Below are positions 56,247 to 64,000 of a DNA stretch of 64,000 bases, one piece after another. Each line of letters starts with the position of its first letter. The stretch's first letter is position 1. Location of the stretch: positions 150,662 through 214,661 of the forward strand of contig JBBDXC010000001.1 in the NCBI GenBank assembly GCA_040902555.1. Reading direction: 5' to 3'. Origin of the DNA: Dehalococcoidia bacterium (lineage in GTDB: Bacteria; Chloroflexota; Dehalococcoidia; WHTO01). The notes below the pieces were generated by a model. It made no database searches. It saw only the letters and a list, made by a program, of their open reading frames with translations, and had not been told where the DNA came from. The position numbers and the translations under genes were made by a program.

Positions 56247-57341
56247 TCAGCCCGCAAGTACCGGGAGGGGAAGCTCGCCGCGGCGGTGTCCGTGGCGGCC
56301 CGCGCCCTCGCGGATGCCGCGCAACTGGCCGCAGGCGCTTTCGATCTCGACGCCCTTCTCGACGCGGACAGTGCAGGGCACGCCGCGCTCCTGGAGGACG
56401 CGCTGGAAGGCCAGGGTGCGCGAGCGGGCGGGACGCTTGATGTTGGAATCTGGTGTGGGGTTTACCGGGATCAGGTTGACGTGGCAGGGGACGCCGGCCA
56501 CCAGGTCGGCTAACAGCGCGGCCTGCTCGGGTGAGTCATTAACGTGGTCGATCAGGACGTACTCGAAGGTGATGCGCCGGCCGCTGGCCGCGAAGAACTC
56601 CTTAGCCGCCTCTATGAGCTCGCTGATCGGCTGGCCCGCCGTCGGTATGAGCTGGCGGCGCAGCCCATCTGTTGGGGCGTGGAGCGAGATCGCCAGGTTG
56701 ACCTGGAGCGGCTCGCGGGCGAGGCGGCGGATGCCGGGTACAAGGCCCACGGTCGAGATAGTGATGTTGCGGGCGCCGAGGCCGATGCACTGCGGGTGGT
56801 TGATGATTTGGACGGCCTTCCACATCGCGCTGTAGTTGGCCAGGGGCTCGCCCATGCCCATGAAGACGATGTTGGTCACGCGGCCTTCGCTGCGGATGAA
56901 GTGGACCACCTGGGCCACGATGTCGGCCGTCGCGAGGTTGCGCACGAAGCCGGCCTGTCCCGTGGCGCAGAAGACACAGCCCATGGCGCAGCCGACCTGG
57001 GTGGAGACGCAGACGGTGGCGCGGGCTCGGGATTTGGGGCGCGCCGCGTATTGCATCAGCACCGCCTCGACGGTCTCGCCGTCGCCCAATTGGAGGAGGG
57101 CCTTGCGCGTCAGGTTGTCGTCGGCGCTCTGCCAGCGGACCACGGTGGGGAGGGAGAGGTCAATCTCTTCGCCCAGCTTTGCCCGCAGGCCGGCGGGCAG
57201 GTTCGTCATCTGCTCGAAGGTTGTGGCTCCCTCTTTGTAGGCCCAGCGCAGGACCTGGCGGGCGCGGTAGGCGGGCTCGCCCCATTCTGCCATCAGGGTT
57301 TCGATCTCTTCGGGCAGGAGGCCCCAGATTGGTCGGCTCAT
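56247..57341 (-). CDS. rlmN: 23S rRNA/tRNA A2503 C2-methyltransferase RlmN (radical SAM).
   Basis: CxxxCxxC cluster (GCAMGCVFCATGQ) and RlmN N-terminal domain. Confidence 0.9.
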   Translation of the reverse strand: MSRPIWGLLPEEIETLMAEWGEPAYRARQVLRWAYKEGATTFEQMTNLPAGLRAKLGEEIDLSLPTVVRWQSADDNLTRKALLQLGDGETVEAVLMQYAARPKSRARATVCVSTQVGCAMGCVFCATGQAGFVRNLATADIVAQVVHFIRSEGRVTNIVFMGMGEPLANYSAMWKAVQIINHPQCIGLGARNITISTVGLVPGIRRLAREPLQVNLAISLHAPTDGLRRQLIPTAGQPISELIEAAKEFFAASGRRITFEYVLIDHVNDSPEQAALLADLVAGVPCHVNLIPVNPTPDSNIKRPARSRTLAFQRVLQERGVPCTVRVEKGVEIESACGQLRGIREGAGRHGHRRGELPLPVLAG

Positions 57342-58328
57342 CTAGCTCAACCTAGCAACAGAGGTTGCATCGCCGAGCCGGGCCCCGATCAGATCACGTT
57401 CGCCGCGGGCGAAGTCGCCGGCGGGGAGCCGCCGGCGGCCCTCCTTCTGGACCTCCAGAAACGCGAGGCGGCCTGTGCCGCAGGCCACGGCAATGGCCGG
57501 CTCTCTGCCCCAGGGAAAATCATGATCTTCGACCTTCATAACCGTGCCGGGAGGCCCGCCCGGTTCATCGGTAAGCGGCCAGGCCCGCCAGACTTGGAGG
57601 CGGGCGGGGCCGAGCCTGGTTTCTGCTCCGGGCCAGGGGTTGAAGGCGCGCACTTGCTGCCAGATCTCGTCCGCGGCGAGCGACCAATCAATCAAAGCGT
57701 CCTCCGCCTTGATCTGGGGGGAGTAGGTGGCCAGGGCGTCATCCTGCGGCCGCGGTACGAGTTCACCATCCAACCAGCCAGGGAGGGCCTCAAGCAGCAG
57801 GGAGGCGCCCGCTAACGCCAGCCGGCCGCTCAACTCGCCCGCGCTCTCGTTGGGGCCAATCGGCAGGGTGGTCTGTGTCAGGATTGGGCCGGTGTCGAGG
57901 CCCTCGTCCATGGCCATGATTGTCACGCCGGTCTCGGTGTCACCGGCAAGAATGGCGCCCTGGATTGGCGAAGCGCCCCGGTGGCGGGGTAGCAGCGAGG
58001 GATGGACATTGAGCACGTTCCAGGGCGGAAGCTCCAGGACAGCCGGCGGGATCAGAAGTCCGTAGGCGGCCACAACCATGAACCCGGGAACAAGGTCTTC
58101 CAGGAGCTCGATGGTTTCCTGTTCGCGCAGCCTCGCCGGCTGGAAGACGGGCAGGCCGGCCGCTTCCGCCGCCTCCTTCACCGGGGAACTCGTGACTCGT
58201 CGCCCACGGCCCGCCGGCTTGTCGGGGCGGGTGACGACGGCGGCAACCTCATACGGCGAGTCGATCAGCGCTCTCAATGAAGGGAGGGCGAACTCGGGCG
58301 TCCCGAAGAAGACACAGCGCTCACGCAC
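57342..58328 (-). CDS. fmt: Methionyl-tRNA formyltransferase.
   Basis: FFGTPEFA… N-terminus, formyltransferase core and C-terminal Fmt domain. Confidence 0.9.
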   Translation of the reverse strand: MRERCVFFGTPEFALPSLRALIDSPYEVAAVVTRPDKPAGRGRRVTSSPVKEAAEAAGLPVFQPARLREQETIELLEDLVPGFMVVAAYGLLIPPAVLELPPWNVLNVHPSLLPRHRGASPIQGAILAGDTETGVTIMAMDEGLDTGPILTQTTLPIGPNESAGELSGRLALAGASLLLEALPGWLDGELVPRPQDDALATYSPQIKAEDALIDWSLAADEIWQQVRAFNPWPGAETRLGPARLQVWRAWPLTDEPGGPPGTVMKVEDHDFPWGREPAIAVACGTGRLAFLEVQKEGRRRLPAGDFARGERDLIGARLGDATSVARLS

Positions 58329-59127
58329 GGGTCACCCTCACCGGGTCGCGGCGCGACGCGGCCAGCTTCGCGGCCGCCGAGCTGTTGGGCAGCGCCACCG
58401 CCAGCCAGCCGTCGCTCGTGACCAGCGCAAACAGGGCCGATGCCTCGCCGTAGGTCCGGCCCAGGCCCGGCGCGCGGGCGCCGGCGATGTCGACGCTGAT
58501 CGGTCCGGCGGGCAGCCACTCGCCGGGGATGTTGGTGACCAGATTGCCGTAAGTGTCGATGTGCAGGATGCTGCCGTTGATCGCGCCGCCGTCCTGCGTC
58601 GCCGTGGTCCGGGGCAGGGCGTGGACCTCGGCCAGCGCCGGGCCGAGCGCCTCCAACGGAACGCCCGATGCGACGTGGCCGGCGACTGGCCCGAAGAGAT
58701 CGCGGCCGTGGAAGGTATGGCTCACCTCGGCGCGAAAGTACTTGGGCTCCACGAGATGGAAGGCCTCAAAGGTGGGCGGGAGCGTGATAGCACCCTCGGC
58801 GGCGGGGCGGGACTGAGGGGGAAGGCAGGCTGAGAGGAGGCCGTTGTCCGGGCCGATGAAGACGCCCTGTGGCGAGCGGATGGCGATCGCCTTGCGGTCG
58901 GTGCCAACGCCCGGGTCGACGACCGCGAGGTGAACAGCGCCCGGCAGGTAGTAGGGCCAGGCACAAGAGGTGACGTAGACGCCCTCCTCGATGTCCTGTG
59001 GGCCGATCTCGTGCGTGATCTCAACGATCTGGGCCTGCGGGCAGACCGAGAGGATCGCGCCCTTTAGGGCGCCGCTGTAGTTGCCGCGCAGCCCGAAGTC
59101 AGTCGTGAGGGTGATCAGGGCGCTCAT
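58321..59127 (-). CDS. SAM hydroxide adenosyltransferase family protein (DUF62; fluorinase/chlorinase-like fold).
   Basis: …ITLTTDFG…YSGALKG… N-terminal signature of the DUF62 family. Confidence 0.7.
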   Translation of the reverse strand: MSALITLTTDFGLRGNYSGALKGAILSVCPQAQIVEITHEIGPQDIEEGVYVTSCAWPYYLPGAVHLAVVDPGVGTDRKAIAIRSPQGVFIGPDNGLLSACLPPQSRPAAEGAITLPPTFEAFHLVEPKYFRAEVSHTFHGRDLFGPVAGHVASGVPLEALGPALAEVHALPRTTATQDGGAINGSILHIDTYGNLVTNIPGEWLPAGPISVDIAGARAPGLGRTYGEASALFALVTSDGWLAVALPNSSAAAKLAASRRDPVRVTRA

Positions 59128-60767
59128 TCATCCGCCACCCGGCGGGTCTCGACGAACCACTGCCAGACGTTGCTGAAGCGCGAGGCTGCGCTGAACTGTA
59201 CGGCGGGCGCGAAGCCGTGGAGGTCTTCCGGCACAACGTAGAGGTTCGTCGAGTAGAAGAGGACGATGCCCGGCTGGCGCTCGTAGAACGTCTGCTGGAA
59301 GCGCACGTAAAGCTCGGCGCGGCGGTCGTTGTCGACCGACAGGCGGGCCCCCACCAGGTCCTCGTCGGCCAGCGGGTCGCTGTAGGCCGAGATGTTGGCG
59401 CCGCCGTCGGCCTGCGAGCTGTGCCAGGCGGGGAACGGGTCGGGGTCGGTGCCCTGGGCGAACCCGAAGAGGGCCATTTGGTAGTTGTGGGGTTGCAGGA
59501 CCTGCTCGTAGAGCGAGGTGCTGCCGCTGGTCGAGAAGTTGACCCTGATGCCGATCGCCTGCAGGTCGCTGGCGATCTGCGTGGCGACCGCGCTGCGCGT
59601 CGAGTCGTTGTTGGTGATCAGGTCGAAGACGAGCTCGGCGTCGCCACGGACGCGCACGCCGTCAGCTCGCACAGTCCAGCCGGCGTCCTCGAGCAGGGCG
59701 CGGGCGCGCTCAGGATCGTACTCGTAGGGACTGAAGGCGGCGCTCCAGGCCCAGGTCCCCGGCGGAATGACGGAATCGGCGATGACGCCGCGGCCCCCAA
59801 GGTGCCGATCGACCAGCGCTTCGCGGTCGATAGCGAAGGCGATGGCCCGGCGCACGCTGTCCTCCTGAAAGGCGGGCAGCTGCCAGTTGAGGTAGAGCAT
59901 CGTGTAGCTCGAAGCGATTAACTCGTGCACGCGATGGTCGTCCGAAAGCGCGTCGACGTCGTCACGGCCAATCGCGCCGTTCAGGTAGACGCCGTCGGCG
60001 GCGCCTTCGCGGACGGCCTCCAGGGCCGAGTTCTCGTTGGGATAAAAGTCGAAGCGAATGGTCTTGATATAAGGGGAGCCCAGCTGGAAGGCCTCGTTGG
60101 CCGAGAGGATGGCACTCCGGCCGTCGATAGCCTCGAGCTTGTAGGGCCCTGAGCCGACCGGGCGCTCGTTAAACGGCGCATTGGCCAGCAGGGGGACCTC
60201 GACGCCGGCCAGGAGGTGTTCGGGGAGAATGCCTATGGCCGACTGGGCGAGGAACGGGGCGAAAGGCTCCTCCAGGGTGAAGCGCACCGCCAGGTCGCCA
60301 ACGCGCTCGGCTGAGACGGTCTGCCATAGCTCCCCCAGCTGCGGGTCGCCGTTGAACTCCTCGTTAGCCAGTACGCCCGCCGTGAAGACCACGTCGTCCG
60401 CTGTCAGGTCCTCGCCGTCGTGCCAGATGGCGCCATTGCGCAGGGTGAAAGTGTATTCGCGGCCGTCCTCGCTGATCTCCCAGCTCGCGGCGAGGTCGGG
60501 GAGAACGCGGCCGTCGGCGCCGAGGCGGGTCAATCCTGAAAAAACCAGGGCTGAGATGTCGGCGTCGACTGTGTTGGGCGAAGCGTAGAGGGGGTTGATG
60601 CGCTGCGCCGTCCCCACCGCGGCCTCGACGTAAGTCCCGCCATAGGCGGCGACGCGGTCGCCCTCCTGGTCGGACTCGTAGACCCAGAAGCCGAGGACGG
60701 TGGCGACGCCGGCCACGAGAATCCAGGGGACATACCAGCGGCTGCGGCGACTGGATTGGAGGCTCAT
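59124..60767 (-). CDS. ABC transporter substrate-binding protein, family 5 (peptide/nickel type).
   Basis: N-terminal TM/signal anchor. Length and motifs fit SBP_bac_5. Confidence 0.75.
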   Translation of the reverse strand: MSLQSSRRSRWYVPWILVAGVATVLGFWVYESDQEGDRVAAYGGTYVEAAVGTAQRINPLYASPNTVDADISALVFSGLTRLGADGRVLPDLAASWEISEDGREYTFTLRNGAIWHDGEDLTADDVVFTAGVLANEEFNGDPQLGELWQTVSAERVGDLAVRFTLEEPFAPFLAQSAIGILPEHLLAGVEVPLLANAPFNERPVGSGPYKLEAIDGRSAILSANEAFQLGSPYIKTIRFDFYPNENSALEAVREGAADGVYLNGAIGRDDVDALSDDHRVHELIASSYTMLYLNWQLPAFQEDSVRRAIAFAIDREALVDRHLGGRGVIADSVIPPGTWAWSAAFSPYEYDPERARALLEDAGWTVRADGVRVRGDAELVFDLITNNDSTRSAVATQIASDLQAIGIRVNFSTSGSTSLYEQVLQPHNYQMALFGFAQGTDPDPFPAWHSSQADGGANISAYSDPLADEDLVGARLSVDNDRRAELYVRFQQTFYERQPGIVLFYSTNLYVVPEDLHGFAPAVQFSAASRFSNVWQWFVETRRVADE

Positions 60768-60807
60768 GAGACTGAAAGGCGGCGCGGTGGCCGCCAGGCG
60801 AAGGCTA

Positions 60808-61032
60808 TCAGTCCACCCGCGCGGTCAGGATCGCGACGAGGATGAGCAGTCCGGTGAGGACTACGGTTATCTGCAACAGCGTTTTCTCGAGGCCACGCCT
60901 TGTGCGATAGCTGGTGTCGGCGCCGCCGAGCGCCTGACCGAAGCCGGAGCCCTTGACCTGCAACAGGACGGCGAAGATCAGGAAGCAGGAAATCAGGATC
61001 TGCAGGATGAAAAGGAAGTCTTCTAGGGACAT
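60808..61032 (-). CDS. secG: Preprotein translocase subunit SecG.
   Basis: …LLQVKGSGFGQALGGADT…: SecG signature with two TM helices. Confidence 0.8.
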   Translation of the reverse strand: MSLEDFLFILQILISCFLIFAVLLQVKGSGFGQALGGADTSYRTRRGLEKTLLQITVVLTGLLILVAILTARVD

Positions 61033-61035
61033 AAA

Positions 61036-62367
61036 TCAGGGGGCCAGCACGAGCTCTGGCGCCTCGCTGCGCTCCTCTCGGCCGACGCCTTCATCGTAAA
61101 GACGTAGGACGGCTGCGGCAAGCTTGTGCGAGTCGTGACGGTAGCGGTTCTCCTCGCTGACGACGTCGCGCAGGGCGACCTTCACGCCCTTGATTCGTGA
61201 GGTGGGCGGGCGCACCGGCTCTGAGCGGGCCTCCGGCGGGAGCTGGTCGCGGATGTTGGAGTTGGCCAGGACATAGTCGAAGGCGGGAGTGTGGCCGATG
61301 TGGCGCTCCAGGGCGTCGTAGTGCTCGGTGACACTGAAGGCATCCGTCTCGCCGTGCTGCGTTGCCACGTTGCAGACGTAGATCTTGGTGGCGCGGGACT
61401 GGATGAAGGCGCGCCGCAGGTCGGGTACGAGGAAGTTGGGGATGATGCTCGTGAAAAGGCTGCCCGGGCCGGCGACGATGAGGTCGGCGTCGTGGATGGC
61501 TTCGACCGCCTCGGGGTAGGCCTGGGCGTCGGCAGGGTCGATGTGGACGTCGCGGATGCCGCCACCGCGCTCGGTGATGTTGTGCTCGCCATAGACGAGC
61601 TCCTGGTCGTGTGTGCGGGCGTAGAGGTTGACGTCCTCGAGGGTGGAAGGAAGGATCTGGCCGGTGACGGCGAGGACTTTGCTCGTCTCCTTCAGGGCCT
61701 CCTCCATGTTCCCGGTCACGCCAGCCATGGCGACGATGAAGAGGTTGCCGAAGGAATGACCCTCGAGGCCGGAGCCGGCCGGGAAGCGATACTCGAAGAG
61801 CTGGCTCATCAGCCCCTCGGTCGCCGCCATCGAACTGATGCACTTGCGCAGGTCGCCCGGGGCGAGGACGCCCATTTCCCGCCGCAGGCGGCCGGTGCTG
61901 CCGCCGTCATCGGCCACCGTGACGACCGCGGTGAGGTTGCTCGTGTGCTTCTTGAGGCCCTGCAGCAGCCACGACAGCCCGGTACCCCCACCGATGGCTA
62001 CGACGCGCGGGCCGCGGCGCAGCGTGTAGTGGCTGTAGATCGTGCTGACGAAGCCCTTCTCGTTAGGTCGGCGAGACCCGAGAAGAATCCTGAGTATCGT
62101 CTCGTTGAGCTTGATCATTCCGAAGATGACCAGAGATAGGGATACCGTCACGAACAGCAAGGCTCGGGCCAGCCGGGGGAGGAATTGCAAGGTCAGGTAG
62201 TAGAAGGAGCCGGGGTAGTCACCCTCGACGTAGGCCTGGCGCAGGATGTAAGCCAAACCCAGCGCCATGATGGCCATGCCGAGGAGCACCAGTAGCAGCC
62301 AGCGCTTGAGGTGCAGGCCGGGGCTAAGCCAGTCCAGGAAGGCAAAGCGGCGCCTCAGAAAGCGCAT
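61036..62367 (-). CDS. YvcK/UPF0052 (CofD-like) gluconeogenesis-factor family protein with N-terminal membrane domain.
   Basis: VVAIGGGTGLS…TVADDGGSTGRLR… signature. Confidence 0.8.
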   Translation of the reverse strand: MRFLRRRFAFLDWLSPGLHLKRWLLLVLLGMAIMALGLAYILRQAYVEGDYPGSFYYLTLQFLPRLARALLFVTVSLSLVIFGMIKLNETILRILLGSRRPNEKGFVSTIYSHYTLRRGPRVVAIGGGTGLSWLLQGLKKHTSNLTAVVTVADDGGSTGRLRREMGVLAPGDLRKCISSMAATEGLMSQLFEYRFPAGSGLEGHSFGNLFIVAMAGVTGNMEEALKETSKVLAVTGQILPSTLEDVNLYARTHDQELVYGEHNITERGGGIRDVHIDPADAQAYPEAVEAIHDADLIVAGPGSLFTSIIPNFLVPDLRRAFIQSRATKIYVCNVATQHGETDAFSVTEHYDALERHIGHTPAFDYVLANSNIRDQLPPEARSEPVRPPTSRIKGVKVALRDVVSEENRYRHDSHKLAAAVLRLYDEGVGREERSEAPELVLAP

Positions 62368-62387
62368 CTGGCCGTTGTTTTTCGTGG

Positions 62388-63875
62388 CTATTGCGGCGCT
62401 CCGTTGGGTGCGGCGAGCTGGGCGCGGAGGGCCTCTTCGGCGGCCTGCGGATTCGCCCGCCCGCGTGTTTCCTTCATTAGCTGACCCACCAGGAAGCGGA
62501 TCACGGTGTCCTTGCCGGAGCGGAAGTCGGCGACGGCGGCCGGGTTCGCGGCGAGCACCCTCGCGGCAGCTTCGTCGATTTCGCCTCCGCCGGAGATGGG
62601 CGCCAGCCCCTCGCGCTCGATGATTGTGGCGGGGTCGCCGCCCTCGTCGAACATCGTGCGAAAGACGGACTTGGCTATCTTGCTGGTGATCTGGCCGGAT
62701 TCCATGAGGTCGACGAGCTTACTGAGTTCTTCGGACGAGATGCGGCTCTCGGCGTAGGGCGTGCCATCCAAAGCGTGGGCGAAGTCCCCGAGCATCCAGT
62801 TGGCGACGCCCTGGGCCCGCCGCTTTGCATCGCCCAGCTGGCCAGCCCGGGCCGCGCTTTCGAAGTAGTCGGCGGTCGCGCGGGCTTCGGTGAGGAGGGC
62901 GGCTTCGTGATGGCCCAGCCCGTACTCGTTCTGGAAGCGCTGCAGGCGGTCGAGGGGTAGCTCGGGCAGCTTCGCGCGGACCTCGTCGACGAAGTCGGCC
63001 GTCAGCTCCAACGGCGGCAGGTCGGGCTCTGGGAAATAGCGGTAGTCGTGGGCCTGCTCCTTGGACCGCTGGCTGGCAGTCTTGCCTTCCACTTCGAGCC
63101 AGCCGCGGGTCTCCTGGGGAATCCGCTCGCCGGCATCGAGGGCTGCTGCTTGGCGCTCCATCTCGTATTCCAACGCACGAAACACCGAACGGAAGCTGTT
63201 CATGTTCTTGACTTCGACCTTGGCGCCGAATTCGGAGGCTCCAAAGGGGCGGAGGCTGATGTTGGCGTCGCAGCGGAAGTTGCCCTCCTCCATGTTGGCC
63301 GCGCTGACGCCGATGTACTGCAGGATCTGGCGCAGCTTGACGAGGTAGGCGCGCGCTTCCTCGGCCGAGCGCATGTCGGGCTCGGAGACGATCTCCATAA
63401 GGGGGACGCCCGAGCGATTGATGTCGAGCAGGCTGTAGGCCTCGCCCTCGGCGTCGCGATGAAGGAGGCGCGCGGTGTCCTCCTCGAGGTGGACGCGGGT
63501 GATGCCGAGGCGGCGAGTCGTCCCATCGACCTCGACCTCGAGCCAACCGCCAACGCAGAGCGGCATGTCGTACTGAGAAACCTGGTAGCCCTTCATCAGG
63601 TCGGGATAGGGGTAGTTCTTGCGGTCGAACTTCGCCCGGGCGGGTATCTCGCAGTTGAGAGCGAGCCCGGTCATGACCGTGAATTCGACAGCGCGCCGGT
63701 TGATGACCGGCAACACGCCGGGCATGCCCATGCAGATGGGGCAGACGTGGCTGTTGGGGGGGCCGTAGGCGTAGGCGGCGCTGCAGGGGCAGAACATCTT
63801 GCTCGCGGTCAGGAGCTGGCTGTGGACCTCGAGCCCGATGACAGCCTCATAGCGGGTCGTGGCTGTCGTGGTCAT
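62388..63875 (-). CDS. gatB: Asp/Glu-tRNA amidotransferase subunit B.
   Basis: [12 protein letters not shown]…CPVC… N-terminal GatB signature. Confidence 0.95.
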   Translation of the reverse strand: MTTTATTRYEAVIGLEVHSQLLTASKMFCPCSAAYAYGPPNSHVCPICMGMPGVLPVINRRAVEFTVMTGLALNCEIPARAKFDRKNYPYPDLMKGYQVSQYDMPLCVGGWLEVEVDGTTRRLGITRVHLEEDTARLLHRDAEGEAYSLLDINRSGVPLMEIVSEPDMRSAEEARAYLVKLRQILQYIGVSAANMEEGNFRCDANISLRPFGASEFGAKVEVKNMNSFRSVFRALEYEMERQAAALDAGERIPQETRGWLEVEGKTASQRSKEQAHDYRYFPEPDLPPLELTADFVDEVRAKLPELPLDRLQRFQNEYGLGHHEAALLTEARATADYFESAARAGQLGDAKRRAQGVANWMLGDFAHALDGTPYAESRISSEELSKLVDLMESGQITSKIAKSVFRTMFDEGGDPATIIEREGLAPISGGGEIDEAAARVLAANPAAVADFRSGKDTVIRFLVGQLMKETRGRANPQAAEEALRAQLAAPNGAPQ

Positions 63876-64000
63876 CCTCTGGGGGGAGTATAGGAGAGTT
63901 AGGAGGTGATCCTAGCCGGGGGAAAGAAGTCGGCGACCCGACACCTGAAGCCCGGAATAACGTCGCCACCATCAATTTCGTCGTCCTCGTGGAGCACGCG

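Overview
High-GC (visibly well above 60% GC) bacterial chromosomal window. It is densely coding with frequent 4-nt start/stop overlaps (GTGA/TTGA/ATGA/CTGA) and GTG/TTG starts. A PPOX-class F420-type gene and beta-helix proteins with CSLREA-like caps suggest a Chloroflexi-type lineage, but that is inference. Most of the window is housekeeping: partial sortase, Yip1, UbiB-family kinase + aminotransferase, ffh, MFS, pepN, gap, hbd, eno, xerD, comM, glpK-glpD, xseAB, efp, pepP, aroQ, xerC, topA, dprA, rlmN, fmt, secG, yvcK, gatB. Five regions stand out. (1) A complete type I R-M operon (hsdR-hsdS-hsdM) with a co-oriented downstream gene that fuses an Mrr-type PD-(D/E)xK nuclease domain to an uncharacterised N-terminal and coiled-coil region, in a visibly AT-richer block. 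(2) About 900 bp of non-coding DNA next to it, packed with three different short tandem repeat arrays and two copies of a palindromic element. (3) A REP-like palindrome family recurring at about 35.3 kb, where one copy sits inside a diverged tandem duplication of a gene's 3' end. (4) Three tandem paralogous giant secreted beta-helix proteins (about 9 kb) sharing a conserved RTX-type C-terminal module that ends in -VTSIP. (5) Several probable lesions or non-canonical features: a frameshifted CaiB-type CoA-transferase, a MarC gene with no canonical start, a 15-bp in-frame tandem duplication in hbd, and orphan RHH antitoxin-like genes. No rRNA, tRNA, CRISPR array or transposase was recognised.
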